Shown here piece by piece: positions 47,965 through 57,164 of a stretch of 64,000 nt of DNA (position 1 is the first letter of the stretch; the number at the start of each line of letters is the position of its first letter). The position numbers and the translations under genes are program-made. The stretch is from assembly GCA_003249015.1 (NCBI GenBank), contig QBLS01000017.1, positions 12,951 to 76,950 of the forward strand. The letters are read 5' to 3'. The stretch is from Pseudanabaena sp. GTDB lineage: Bacteria; Cyanobacteriota; Cyanobacteriia; Pseudanabaenales; Pseudanabaenaceae. The notes beneath the pieces were generated by a model. It made no database searches. It saw only the letters and a list, made by a program, of their open reading frames with translations, and had not been told where the DNA came from.

Positions 47965-49083
47965 TTAGCTCAGCCTGAGATTGAGCCAAAACTGTAGAGT
48001 CGGTAGCGCGATGCGATAGCCATACTTTGCGCCATAGACCAAACCCTTTTGTTCGAGACTGTCTAACGCTCCTTGCAAACTACCACCTTTAGATAAACGA
48101 TGCTTCTGCACATACTCGCGACTATGGGGGCTGACGGTAGGATCGATCGCCAAACTCTCCAAGACCCTGACTTGAGTGGGCGGCAATAGCATAATCAAAG
48201 ACTCAAAAGTTGGTGCAAGGTCTTCGATGAGAGACAGCATATTTTTACGCACAAGGTCAGCAGGAATTACAAATTCTGATTTTTCCTTTTGGGTGAGATA
48301 GTCTAACCAGATGCGCCGAGCCAAGGCGATCGCATCACCCATATTTCCTTGCACATATTCAATAAATAACTCCAGAGCCGTAACTTCTTGATTTGGTGAT
48401 GCAAACCTCAAACCATGCTCAAGCATAGTCATCTCAATCCAAGCCTGCAAATCTTGATTTTCGAGGGGAGCTAGTTCTACCATGTGCAAGCTTAATTTGT
48501 GCATCCAAGGCTCAGGCACAGTTGCAATTAGAACGTAACTAACCCGACTCTGAATCTGGATCTCGCGGCGCAAATATTCCTCCCATTCCCCTTTGCGATC
48601 CCATGAGCGGATATGCGTAAAGTTGTGCAGCACGATCGCCACTCGACAGTCCAACCACTCGGCGATCTGTTGGGGCAAACTCAATAATCTTTCAAATAAA
48701 TGCCACACTCCAGTGTTAGTCAGCTTCCAAGATATCTCCAACCTTGACTGTTTATTTACTGCGAAAGTTATCGATTGATCGGCTAGTAAATGTTGAATTT
48801 TTTGTACTTCTTCAGGTTGATCAAAGGTATTAATCAAACTTGTAGCTAGTAATTTCAAAAAGCGATCGCCATCTGTTGCCCTCAAACAATCGACCGTAAT
48901 TACCCTAGCGCCTGCGGCTTGGGCAGCCCACTTAACGAGAGTCCTGCGCCCACTACCAGCTACTCCTGCGATCAATAAGTCACCATCTGCCAGCAAAATT
49001 TGACTGACCTGCTCTAATTCTCTCCGTCTACCCACCAAATTTTGGGGCAAAAATGGATTTTTACTCATGGGCTGATTGTACAT
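47965..49083 (-). CDS. ATPase_2/ORC-like P-loop family homolog with degenerate Walker motifs and a C-terminal wHTH-like domain
   Basis: 372 aa. Family-typical N-terminus (NPFLPQNLVGRRRELEQV). The Walker A position reads GVAGSGRRT (Lys replaced by Arg) and the Walker B position reads AIVLHNF (no Asp/Glu). Confidence 0.55.
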   Translation of the reverse strand: MYNQPMSKNPFLPQNLVGRRRELEQVSQILLADGDLLIAGVAGSGRRTLVKWAAQAAGARVITVDCLRATDGDRFLKLLATSLINTFDQPEEVQKIQHLLADQSITFAVNKQSRLEISWKLTNTGVWHLFERLLSLPQQIAEWLDCRVAIVLHNFTHIRSWDRKGEWEEYLRREIQIQSRVSYVLIATVPEPWMHKLSLHMVELAPLENQDLQAWIEMTMLEHGLRFASPNQEVTALELFIEYVQGNMGDAIALARRIWLDYLTQKEKSEFVIPADLVRKNMLSLIEDLAPTFESLIMLLPPTQVRVLESLAIDPTVSPHSREYVQKHRLSKGGSLQGALDSLEQKGLVYGAKYGYRIALPTLQFWLNLRLS

Positions 49084-49176
49084 TAAGTCGCTCTGCGCTT
49101 AAATTCTCTTGCCAAACGCGCATAGGTTAGGGCAGCGCCTTGCTCTGCCTTACAGCAGTTACTGATCAAAAAAACA

Positions 49177-49227
49177 CAAGCATAAGTTTGAAAGTATTGC
49201 AAAGCAATGCTTTCAAACTTATGCTTG
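49177..49227. repeat. 51-bp hairpin in a divergent intergenic region
   Basis: caagcataagtttgaaagtattgc-aaa-gcaatgctttcaaacttatgcttg, with one G-U pair. Confidence 0.65.
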
Positions 49228-49365
49228 GTTCGGCTTTGAGTGCAAAGCGCTACTTCACAAAATTATCGGATTACATTGCAAATTTTCGCTGCACTTCAAG
49301 ATTCTTTAAATGGGCAAGTACTATTTTTTAGTATTATGTTTGTAGCCGTTTACCCATAAATATCC

Positions 49366-52152
49366 ATGGCACTTGAGACAGATCTTACTGGTCAGAATCC
49401 TCCAGCCCTCTGGCACACCCTCACCGCTGACGAATCTATTGCATTGCTCCAGAGCGATCCCCAAACAGGTATTAGTGAACAAGAAGTATCCGCTCGTCTT
49501 GCTCAGTACGGAGCTAACGAATTAGTAGAAAAGGCTGGTCGAGCACCGATTCAGATCTTTATCGATCAATTTACTAACATCATGCTGATTATGCTGATGG
49601 CGGTCGCTGTTGTCTCGGCAATCCTCGATATTAGGGACGGCGAATTTCCTAAAGATGCGATCGCCATTAGTTCTATCGTTCTGCTCAATGGCATCCTTGG
49701 CTATATGCAGGAGAGTAACGCCGAAAAAGCTCTGGCAGCTCTCAAAAGACTCTCTTCACCTGTAGTTCGCGTTATTCGCGATGGAAATACTGTTGAAATT
49801 AGTGGCAGAGAGTTAGTCCCTGGAGATGTGATGCTCTTGGAAGCTGGAGTTCAAATTGCCGCAGATGGCAGATTACTGGATGAGCAGAACCTTCAAGTAC
49901 GCGAGTCTGCACTCACAGGGGAATCGGAAGCCGTTAATAAAAACGCTGATTGTCTCTTAGACGTGGAGGCAAGCTTAGGCGATCGCCTCAATTGCGTTTA
50001 TCAAGGCACAGAAGTTGCCCAAGGACGCGCCAAGGTCTTAGTTACCAAAACGGGAATGGCAACTGAATTAGGGAAAATTGCAGTTTTAATCCAGAACGTG
50101 GAAACGGAAGACACTCCCCTTCAGCAGAGAATGTCCCAATTGGGCAATGTGCTGGTTTACAGTTCTCTAGTTTTAGTCGCTCTAGTTGTGGCGATTGGTT
50201 TACTCAATAAGGGTGACTTTGGAGACCTTCTAAAAACATCCCTCAGTATGGCTGTTGCTGTAGTTCCTGAAGGTTTACCTGCGGTAGTTACCGTCACCTT
50301 AGCCCTCGGCACGCAGCGCATGGTTAAACGCAATGCCCTAATTCGCCGTTTACCCGCTGTCGAGACCCTCGGCTCCGTGACCACAATCTGCTCTGACAAA
50401 ACAGGCACATTGACCCAAAATAAAATGGTCGTGCAGAGTATTCGGACAGGTTTGCACTCCTTACAAGTTACAGGCAATGGCTACGAGCCATCGGGCAAGT
50501 TCAATGTTGTTAGTAGTGGGCTAGATGCTGCTCAGCTTGAAGTGAGCCATATTCCTGAAGTTCAGCAATTATTAATGGCTTGCGTATTCTGTAACGATTC
50601 GATCTTGCAGCAAAAAAATGGTGAGTGGGTGATCATCGGTGATCCCACTGAAGGATCGCTGATCGTCTTAGCTAGCAAAGGTGGTTGCGATTTCTCCGAA
50701 TGGCAGCATCGGATGCCCCGCATCTCTGAGATTCCCTTCTCCTCAGAACGTAAACGCATGAGCGTATTGGTCAAGGGTGAGCAGGGTGGCAGTGTGATGT
50801 TTTGCAAGGGTTCGCCTGAACTAACCTTGGAGTGCTGTACCCATATCCAGATAGGCGATCAAGTTCACGCAATCAGTGACGAGCAACGCCACCATGTTCT
50901 AGAACAAAACAATGATCTTGCTAGTCGCGGGCTGCGAGTGCTGGGTTTTGCCTATCGCAATTTCGGTGATTCATCTGAAGGTAGCCTGACTGAAAAAGAC
51001 GAGAGTAATCTGACTTGGGTCGGTCTAGTTGGGATGTTTGACGCACCTCGTCCTGAAGTCCGCGAAGCGGTCAAACAATGTCGTGCTGCGGGCATTCGTC
51101 CTGTAATGATTACAGGGGATCATCAACTTACTGCTAAGGCGATCGCTGAGGATCTTGGCATCGTCCGCGCAGGCGAGCGTGTTCTCACTGGCAAGGAACT
51201 AGAGCGGATGAGCAGTGAGCAGCTAGATCAAGAAGTGACCGAAGTCAGCGTCTACGCAAGGGTATCGCCAGAGCATAAGCTGCGGATTGTACAGGCTTTA
51301 CAAAGGCAGCATCAATTTGTGGCAATGACAGGTGATGGGGTTAATGATGCACCTGCGCTCAAACAAGCTGACATTGGTATCGCCATGGGGATCACTGGCA
51401 CAGACGTGTCCAAAGAAGCTAGCGACATGATCCTGCTAGATGACAACTTTGCTACGATTGTCGCCGCCACTGAGGAAGGTCGCGTTGTTTATACAAATAT
51501 CCGCCGCTTCATCAAGTACATTCTCGGTAGTAATATCGGCGAAGTCATCACGATCGCTACTGCTCCGTTTATTGGCATGACTGTCCCCTTGACTCCCTTA
51601 CAAATTCTATGGATGAATTTAGTCACCGATGGATTACCTGCCCTAGCCCTAGCTGTGGAACCTGCCGAACCTAATGTGATGCAAAGACCACCCTTTGATC
51701 CCCGTGAAAATATCTTCGCAAGAGGTATGGGAGCTTACATGGTGCGAATCGGTATAGTTTTGGCAATTATCACGATCGCTCTGATGGTCTGGGCTTATGG
51801 CTACACTAACGCTAACTATAGCGACATCTATAAGCCCGAACGTTGGGCAACAATGGTGTTTACAACCCTCTGTCTTGCTCAAATGGGTCATGCGATCGCC
51901 ATTCGCTCTAACACACAACTGATGATCGAATTAGACCCAAGAACTAATCCTTATGTCTGGGGATCGGTGATTATGACGACGACTCTGCAATTGGGGCTAA
52001 TTTATATCGAGCCGCTTCGCCGTTTCTTCGGTACTCATTTGATATCCCCTACAGAACTTGCTGTGTGTTTCGGCTTTAGTGCGCTTATGTTCGTCTGGAT
52101 CGAATTAGAAAAACTGGTGCTTCGTTGGTGGGCTTGGCAACGTAAATCCTAA
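49366..52152 (+). CDS. Cation-transporting P-type ATPase (type IIA, Ca2+-ATPase/PacL-like)
   Basis: 928 aa. DKTGTLT phosphorylation site, [15 protein letters not shown], and a 10-TM architecture. Confidence 0.92.
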   Translation: MALETDLTGQNPPALWHTLTADESIALLQSDPQTGISEQEVSARLAQYGANELVEKAGRAPIQIFIDQFTNIMLIMLMAVAVVSAILDIRDGEFPKDAIAISSIVLLNGILGYMQESNAEKALAALKRLSSPVVRVIRDGNTVEISGRELVPGDVMLLEAGVQIAADGRLLDEQNLQVRESALTGESEAVNKNADCLLDVEASLGDRLNCVYQGTEVAQGRAKVLVTKTGMATELGKIAVLIQNVETEDTPLQQRMSQLGNVLVYSSLVLVALVVAIGLLNKGDFGDLLKTSLSMAVAVVPEGLPAVVTVTLALGTQRMVKRNALIRRLPAVETLGSVTTICSDKTGTLTQNKMVVQSIRTGLHSLQVTGNGYEPSGKFNVVSSGLDAAQLEVSHIPEVQQLLMACVFCNDSILQQKNGEWVIIGDPTEGSLIVLASKGGCDFSEWQHRMPRISEIPFSSERKRMSVLVKGEQGGSVMFCKGSPELTLECCTHIQIGDQVHAISDEQRHHVLEQNNDLASRGLRVLGFAYRNFGDSSEGSLTEKDESNLTWVGLVGMFDAPRPEVREAVKQCRAAGIRPVMITGDHQLTAKAIAEDLGIVRAGERVLTGKELERMSSEQLDQEVTEVSVYARVSPEHKLRIVQALQRQHQFVAMTGDGVNDAPALKQADIGIAMGITGTDVSKEASDMILLDDNFATIVAATEEGRVVYTNIRRFIKYILGSNIGEVITIATAPFIGMTVPLTPLQILWMNLVTDGLPALALAVEPAEPNVMQRPPFDPRENIFARGMGAYMVRIGIVLAIITIALMVWAYGYTNANYSDIYKPERWATMVFTTLCLAQMGHAIAIRSNTQLMIELDPRTNPYVWGSVIMTTTLQLGLIYIEPLRRFFGTHLISPTELAVCFGFSALMFVWIELEKLVLRWWAWQRKS

Positions 52153-52155
52153 GAC

Positions 52156-52198
52156 CAAAAAGTTAATGGTGGCGCGAAGCGCCACCATTAACTTTTTG
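52156..52198 (+). terminator. Hairpin terminator candidate after the P-type ATPase gene
   Basis: caaaaagttaatggtggcgc-gaa-gcgccaccattaactttttg, starting 4 bp after the stop. Confidence 0.5.
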
Positions 52199-52351
52199 TA
52201 AGGATGGCTTTGCCATAGAAAACCCGAAGAGAGGGAGGTGGGGCTTATATCTACATCCTTCTTTTCGGGTTTTCTGCCTTAACAAAAGTGGCGATCGCTA
52301 TACCAGATACCAATGTGAACCTAGAATTAATCTTAAGGTCTACCATTAAAA

Positions 52352-52365
52352 GTATGATAGGCTAC
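52352..52365 (+). promoter_or_regulatory. Candidate NtcA box upstream of glnB
   Basis: gtatgataggctac fits GTA-N8-TAC. TATTAA lies 23 nt downstream (52389-52394), followed by GGAGG (52410-52414) and the TTG start at 52422. Confidence 0.5.
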
Positions 52366-52394
52366 AAATTGGGGTAGCGATTCAAGTGTATTAA

Positions 52395-52760
<366 letters not shown>

Positions 52761-52776
52761 ATCTTTAAAACACAGT

Positions 52777-52809
52777 AAAGGGAAGTGAAGCTTAGCTTTG
52801 CTTCCCTTT
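52777..52809 (+). terminator. Hairpin after glnB
   Basis: aaagggaag..aagct-t-agctt..cttcccttt, 17 bp after the stop. Confidence 0.5.
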
Positions 52810-52881
52810 GCCATATGTATAGTATTTCAGTATCCCTAGGTCGTTTAAGTAACTTATAGCTGTTGTGACTTAAAACCCAGA

Positions 52882-52913
52882 AGAGAGAGGTGGCGCAAGC
52901 GCCACCTCTCTCT
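52882..52913. repeat. 32-bp perfect palindrome (truncated family A-like)
   Basis: agagagaggtggcgc-aa-gcgccacctctctct, preceded by tatagctgt...aaaacccagaag. Confidence 0.65.
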
Positions 52914-52967
52914 AACTAAGGTCGTTCTACCAATTCGCGACGCTTGGTGCTGCAAATCAAATGCCAT

Positions 52968-53162
52968 CTAAACAGTTGTTAAAATCGCTTCTACAATTTG
53001 CGCGATCGCTGCTCCTAAAATTGCCACTGTTAAATACTTGCCAATCATCGGATTTTTTCCCAAAGAATCATCATTTTTAGCACCTGTCAAAAATAGTGAC
53101 CAAGCTTGTGTCGCGTTGATCCGTTGAAATTTATTAAAGCTAGCTGTGAAAATTAGGCGCAT
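52968..53162 (-). CDS. Hypothetical small protein with a C-terminal hydrophobic helix
   Basis: 64-aa ORF only, with no recognisable family. The coding status is uncertain. Confidence 0.2.
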   Translation of the reverse strand: MRLIFTASFNKFQRINATQAWSLFLTGAKNDDSLGKNPMIGKYLTVAILGAAIAQIVEAILTTV

Positions 53163-53233
53163 TACTTAAACTCACGTTCTAATTTTTAAAAACTTACTTT
53201 AAATAATTGTAACAAAAATTAATAAATTTCTTA

Positions 53234-53280
53234 CTCCAAAGAATAATGGCGGCGCTATGCGCCGCCATTATTCTTTGGAG
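53234..53280 (-). terminator. 47-bp perfect hairpin after the molybdopterin oxidoreductase gene
   Basis: ctccaaagaataatggcggcgc-tat-gcgccgccattattctttggag, 11 bp after the stop on the minus strand. Confidence 0.45.
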
Positions 53281-53290
53281 TAAAAGACCC

Positions 53291-54049
53291 TTATAGCCCT
53301 GCGTACCACTCGTAACCTAAATCTTCCCAATAGCCACGCCTTTGACCTAGTTCACTTCTTAGCTCGATTTTAGTAACCCATTTACTGAGCTTATAGCCCA
53401 GCTTGACGGGTGAGGCTAGACGTAAAGGTGCGCCATACTCAGGCGTAAGCTCTTGACCATTTTTTTGATAAGCCATCAAGGTTTGCGGATGCATGGCTGA
53501 GCCGAGATCCCAGCTTTCGTAATAACCATCTGCCGAATAGAAATACACATACTTAGCCTGTGCCGATGGTTGCGCGATCGCCACTAGATCTCTCAGTCTT
53601 ACTCCGCCCCATTGCACGATCGCCGCCCATCCTTCCACACAGACATGACGAATCACCATATCGACAAAAGGCAAATTTTTGAGATCCTGCATATTGAGAC
53701 TGAGCGGTTGATTGACCTCACCGCCAATAGTTAGACGATAGGCTAACGGATCAATTGCAGGAGTTCCACGAAAGCTGTTGACAATTAACTTGTCAGGTTC
53801 GATCGCACCAATCGAAAACTCTGGAACAGGTTGTTGCGGTTTGAAAATCAAGGACTCGACCTGTTGATTTAACGGCTCCGATAAGCCGCCTACGACTCCT
53901 TCAGCAAGGCTGCCAAACCCAATCGTCAGCAGTCCTGCACCAGCTAGGGTCAAAAAACGGCGACGGGGTACTAAGTCTGTGTCATCTAGATCTAAATTTG
54001 GATCTAGATTGGAATTTAAGTTGGGATCTGAAGAATTTTGTGATGACAT
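53291..54049 (-). CDS. Tat-exported molybdopterin-dependent oxidoreductase (sulfite oxidase/YedY-MsrP-like fold)
   Basis: 252 aa. Twin-arginine signal (VPRRRFLTLAGAG) and an oxidoreductase molybdopterin-binding domain pattern (HVCVEGW). Confidence 0.78.
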   Translation of the reverse strand: MSSQNSSDPNLNSNLDPNLDLDDTDLVPRRRFLTLAGAGLLTIGFGSLAEGVVGGLSEPLNQQVESLIFKPQQPVPEFSIGAIEPDKLIVNSFRGTPAIDPLAYRLTIGGEVNQPLSLNMQDLKNLPFVDMVIRHVCVEGWAAIVQWGGVRLRDLVAIAQPSAQAKYVYFYSADGYYESWDLGSAMHPQTLMAYQKNGQELTPEYGAPLRLASPVKLGYKLSKWVTKIELRSELGQRRGYWEDLGYEWYAGL

Positions 54050-54051
54050 GG

Positions 54052-54651
54052 TTAGCTATCCGTCCAAAACATTGAGTCAACTAAGCGATCGCCACCAACT
54101 TGACGACCTAATTGTGAGTGAATCGTTGCTAAGGCGATCGTGATCGGCACGGTCATAAAGTGAGTGATCCGCAGAGCATCCCAGCCACCAAAGCTATCGA
54201 CAATCCAATAAAACTGAGCAGGCTTATACATTCCTATCCCTGAATAAACTGCTAATAGTAGAAAGGGAATAAACGAGGTATAAACTAGCCGATGCCATGC
54301 GTAGTTTTTGCGCTTTTGGTTTTGGCTCACTATCAGAGCTTTAACATCCTTGCTACTAACATAGCGATGTTGCCAGCGTTTGGTCACCAATACATAAATT
54401 CCGTACCAGAGTAGATTTAAGGCAAAAATCCACATTGAGGCAAAATGCCAATGTCTACCACCGGCAAGCCATCCGCCTAGCCCAAAAATTGCAGGAATAT
54501 GTATCCCGCCGCGTCCACCAAAGACGGGATTAGCGTTGTAAATTTGTAGCCCGCTAGTAATCATCAAAAACAAACTAATAAGGCTCACCCAATGAAATAC
54601 CTTTGCGGCTAGAGTCTGCCTTGGCTTTGGACTTTGAGAAGGCGATCGCAT
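54052..54651 (-). CDS. Cytochrome b561/Ni-hydrogenase-type cytochrome b membrane subunit
   Basis: About 200 aa, 4 TM helices with conserved His. 2-nt gap to the downstream Mo-oxidoreductase gene. I prefer the ATG at 54651 over the track's TTG at 54663. Confidence 0.72.
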   Translation of the reverse strand: MRSPSQSPKPRQTLAAKVFHWVSLISLFLMITSGLQIYNANPVFGGRGGIHIPAIFGLGGWLAGGRHWHFASMWIFALNLLWYGIYVLVTKRWQHRYVSSKDVKALIVSQNQKRKNYAWHRLVYTSFIPFLLLAVYSGIGMYKPAQFYWIVDSFGGWDALRITHFMTVPITIALATIHSQLGRQVGGDRLVDSMFWTDS

Positions 54652-54689
54652 TGCTGTTACCAAAACTATTTACTCAAATCTAGCAGTTA

Positions 54690-54805
54690 TATAGCTGTAG
54701 TCACTTGTATCAGGACAAAATCAAAACCCAAGAATCAAGTGGCGGCGCAAAGCGCCGCTACTTGATTCTTGGGTTTTATGTCCTAAAAAGAATGATTACA
54801 GCGCT
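54690..54805. mobile_element. Family A MITE-like element, near full length
   Basis: tatagctgtagtcacttgtatcaggacaaaatcaaaacccaagaatcaagtggcggcgc-aaa-gcgccgctacttgattcttgggttttatgtcctaa... with a degenerate right TIR. Confidence 0.6.
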
Positions 54806-54885
54806 TTAGGCTGACATAAAATCCCAAGAATTTTTTAAAAGCTTTGCTCTGCAAGACTTTTAAGAAATTCTTGCCTTGGCACTAC

Positions 54886-54923
54886 AAAAAAAGGAAGAGG
54901 TGTCACAACGTGACACCTCTTCC
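54886..54923 (-). terminator. Canonical intrinsic terminator after the repeat lipoprotein gene
   Basis: Minus-strand hairpin ggaagaggtgtcac-gtt-gtgacacctcttcc, followed by T7. Confidence 0.7.
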
Positions 54924-54952
54924 CTAAGCAAAATTCAGGATAGTACTAAAAA

Positions 54953-55330
54953 CTACTGAGGCTTTTTAGGTTCTTCAGATGGCTTAGCTTCCTTCGTAGC
55001 ATCAGGCTTCATAGCATCAGGAGCTGCTGCGTCAGGCTTAGCTTCAGGTGTTGCAGCTGCATCAGGCTTCATAGCATCGGGCTTAGCTTCAGGTGCTTTG
55101 TCCTTATCCGAGTCAGACTTCATCGCATCAGGAGTCGCCGCTGCATCGGGCTTCATGGCATCAGGCTTAACTTCAGGCGCTTTGTCCTTAGCTGGCTCAG
55201 CAGGTGCTGCTTCAGGAGCAGAGGTTGCTGCGGGAGTTGCAGTAGGAGTTGTTGGGGTTTCAGTAGCACAAGAAACTAATCCAGCAGAAAGGCTAAGGCT
55301 AGCAACAATCAAAAGAGCTTTGAGGTTCAT
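54953..55330 (-). CDS. Low-complexity Pro/Ala/Lys/Asp-rich repeat lipoprotein
   Basis: MNLKALLIVASLSLSAGLVSC gives a signal peptide plus lipobox. The mature part consists of KDKAPE.KPDAMKPDAAATP.A repeats. I prefer the ATG at 55330 over the track start at 55420. Confidence 0.55.
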   Translation of the reverse strand: MNLKALLIVASLSLSAGLVSCATETPTTPTATPAATSAPEAAPAEPAKDKAPEVKPDAMKPDAAATPDAMKSDSDKDKAPEAKPDAMKPDAAATPEAKPDAAAPDAMKPDATKEAKPSEEPKKPQ

Positions 55331-55526
55331 ATTTTGTTCGATGGTCTGGTTTTTATAAAGGGTTAAGTTGGTTTTGAATGAGTTTATTGTTTGCTTTTTT
55401 GTGGAGGAGCTTGCGTACAATTACTCATCGGATTAATTCTAGGTTAAGTGAGGGTTGATTAATAGCTTAATTTTTGTAAATTTGTAATTTGTATGACTGA
55501 CTTAGAACACAAATCATGTAAAAGAC

Positions 55527-56633
55527 TTGCTAGATAAGGAAATGCTCAAAAACATACCCATAAGAATTTTTGAACTAATAATTAAAAATCAACTTTTGCC
55601 ATCCGAAGATTATGAATTATTAATATATAAAACCAGAGAAAACAATTATTTCTTGGAGCTAAGTGGCTATGATCGCCAAACTATACCTTGGGAGTTGATG
55701 GTTGAGATAGTTGATCAGCGATCGCAACTTTTACGATCTGCCTTTCCAGAAGTTTCCCAAATGTTAGTAAGCCACAATATCCAAATTGGCGCTGAATCTG
55801 ATGTTTTTCATGTCCTCTGGCACTATTGGATACCGCTTGCTCAAAGACTGGCAAATCGCCATCAACAAATTGGGCGCACTTTTATCCAAGGCTTGCTGGG
55901 CGGGCAGGGATTAGGCAAAACCACACTAGGCTTGGTACTGGAAATTTTATTAAAAAATCTCGGCAAAACTTTTCTGAGTTTTTCCCTAGATGATCTTTAC
56001 AAAGCCTATAGCGATCGCCAAAAACTAAAAGAAGTAATTCCTGAAATGATTTGGCGAGGTCCTCCTAGTACCCATGATGTTCATCTGGGGCTGCAAGTTT
56101 TACAGCAACTTCGCGATCGCCCATCAAATAAATCGTATCCGATCTCTATTCCGCGATTTGATAAGTCATTACACAGTGGCGAAGGCGATCGCACCAACCC
56201 AGACATAAATTATCAAGCCGATATTGTCTTATTTGAGGGATGGTTTGTGGGGCTAAAACCTTTGCCAGAAAGCGCATTTAATACATTTATCCCCCCAATT
56301 TTGTCGGAGCGCGATCGTCAATTTGCGATCGCCTGTAACGCTCATCTAAGCGACTATCAGACGCTTTGGGAGTATCTCGATAGTCTGATTGTGCTGATAC
56401 CTGAGGACTTTAGCTATAGTCAGCAATGGCGACTTGAAGCCGAACACAAGTTGATTAACTCAGGCAAATCAGGTATGAACGATCAAGAAGTTACTAAATT
56501 TGTGGAATATTTCTGGAAAGCACTACACCCCAAGCTGTTCTTCGCACCAATGCTTGAAGATCCACAAGTTGATCTAATTATTCGAGTTGGGCGATCGCGC
56601 CTACCAATCTCTTGTCTAGAAAGGAATCCGTAA
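55527..56633 (+). CDS. P-loop D-glycerate 3-kinase (plant/cyanobacterial GLYK type)
   Basis: 368 aa. P-loop GGQGLGKTT followed by LSLDDLY, typical of the GLYK family. The TTG start is uncertain; an ATG lies at 55542. Confidence 0.72.
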   Translation: MLDKEMLKNIPIRIFELIIKNQLLPSEDYELLIYKTRENNYFLELSGYDRQTIPWELMVEIVDQRSQLLRSAFPEVSQMLVSHNIQIGAESDVFHVLWHYWIPLAQRLANRHQQIGRTFIQGLLGGQGLGKTTLGLVLEILLKNLGKTFLSFSLDDLYKAYSDRQKLKEVIPEMIWRGPPSTHDVHLGLQVLQQLRDRPSNKSYPISIPRFDKSLHSGEGDRTNPDINYQADIVLFEGWFVGLKPLPESAFNTFIPPILSERDRQFAIACNAHLSDYQTLWEYLDSLIVLIPEDFSYSQQWRLEAEHKLINSGKSGMNDQEVTKFVEYFWKALHPKLFFAPMLEDPQVDLIIRVGRSRLPISCLERNP

Positions 56634-56637
56634 TACC

Positions 56638-56670
56638 AAATAAAGAAATGGCGTAGCCATTTCTTTATTT
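56638..56670. repeat. Family D hairpin
   Basis: aaataaagaaatggc-gta-gccatttctttattt, 5 bp after the glycerate kinase stop. Confidence 0.7.
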
Positions 56671-56700
56671 AAAAACCCATACAAGTTTTGGTTGGGACAT

Positions 56701-56755
56701 AAAGCCCAAGAATCGAGTGGCGGCGCTTTGCGCCGCCACTCGATTCTTGGGCTTT
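56701..56755. repeat. Family A core hairpin (perfect 26-bp stem)
   Basis: aaagcccaagaatcgagtggcggcgc-ttt-gcgccgccactcgattcttgggcttt. Confidence 0.7.
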
Positions 56756-56810
56756 GGTTTGTACTAGCTAACTCCTTTTTTGCTATACCAATTCACAGTG
56801 AAAAATTAGA

Positions 56811-56835
56811 CGTTGCGGCGCTTCGCGCCGCAACG
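56811..56835. repeat. Short GC hairpin
   Basis: cgttgcggcgc-ttc-gcgccgcaacg. Confidence 0.6.
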
Positions 56836-57164
56836 ATAATTCTGGGTTTTGATGTCTATTTTTAGAGTGGGAAGAGTGTAGCCCCGAAATTTTGGTGACA
56901 ATCACTTAGATTTAATGGTTTAACATAATCAATCGGAAGGAATAGTTTATTATTGTGTTACGAACTAAATAATCAAACTCGTTTGATGATTCTGAAATTT
57001 CATAAGTCATACTCACAGCATTTACATTGATGCATTCACTCAATGCATTGAGCTTTTTGTTTTGTGTAAAACCTAAGTTCAGGATCAATTAATATAAATT
57101 AAGATAAAGAATCGTTAAGATCTTACTGATTACACTCACTACATAAGATTAAGGAACATTTGCA

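Noticed and set aside
49140-49331. 63-aa ORF in the divergent region upstream of the P-type ATPase gene
   Set aside because: It spans the 51-bp hairpin at 49177-49227. It has an odd composition, no RBS and no family resemblance.
57039-57052. 14-bp perfect palindrome ctcaatgcattgag in the AT-rich psbB upstream region, as a possible operator
   Set aside because: It is a single short palindrome with no second copy and no known cognate motif. It could equally be chance in AT-rich DNA.
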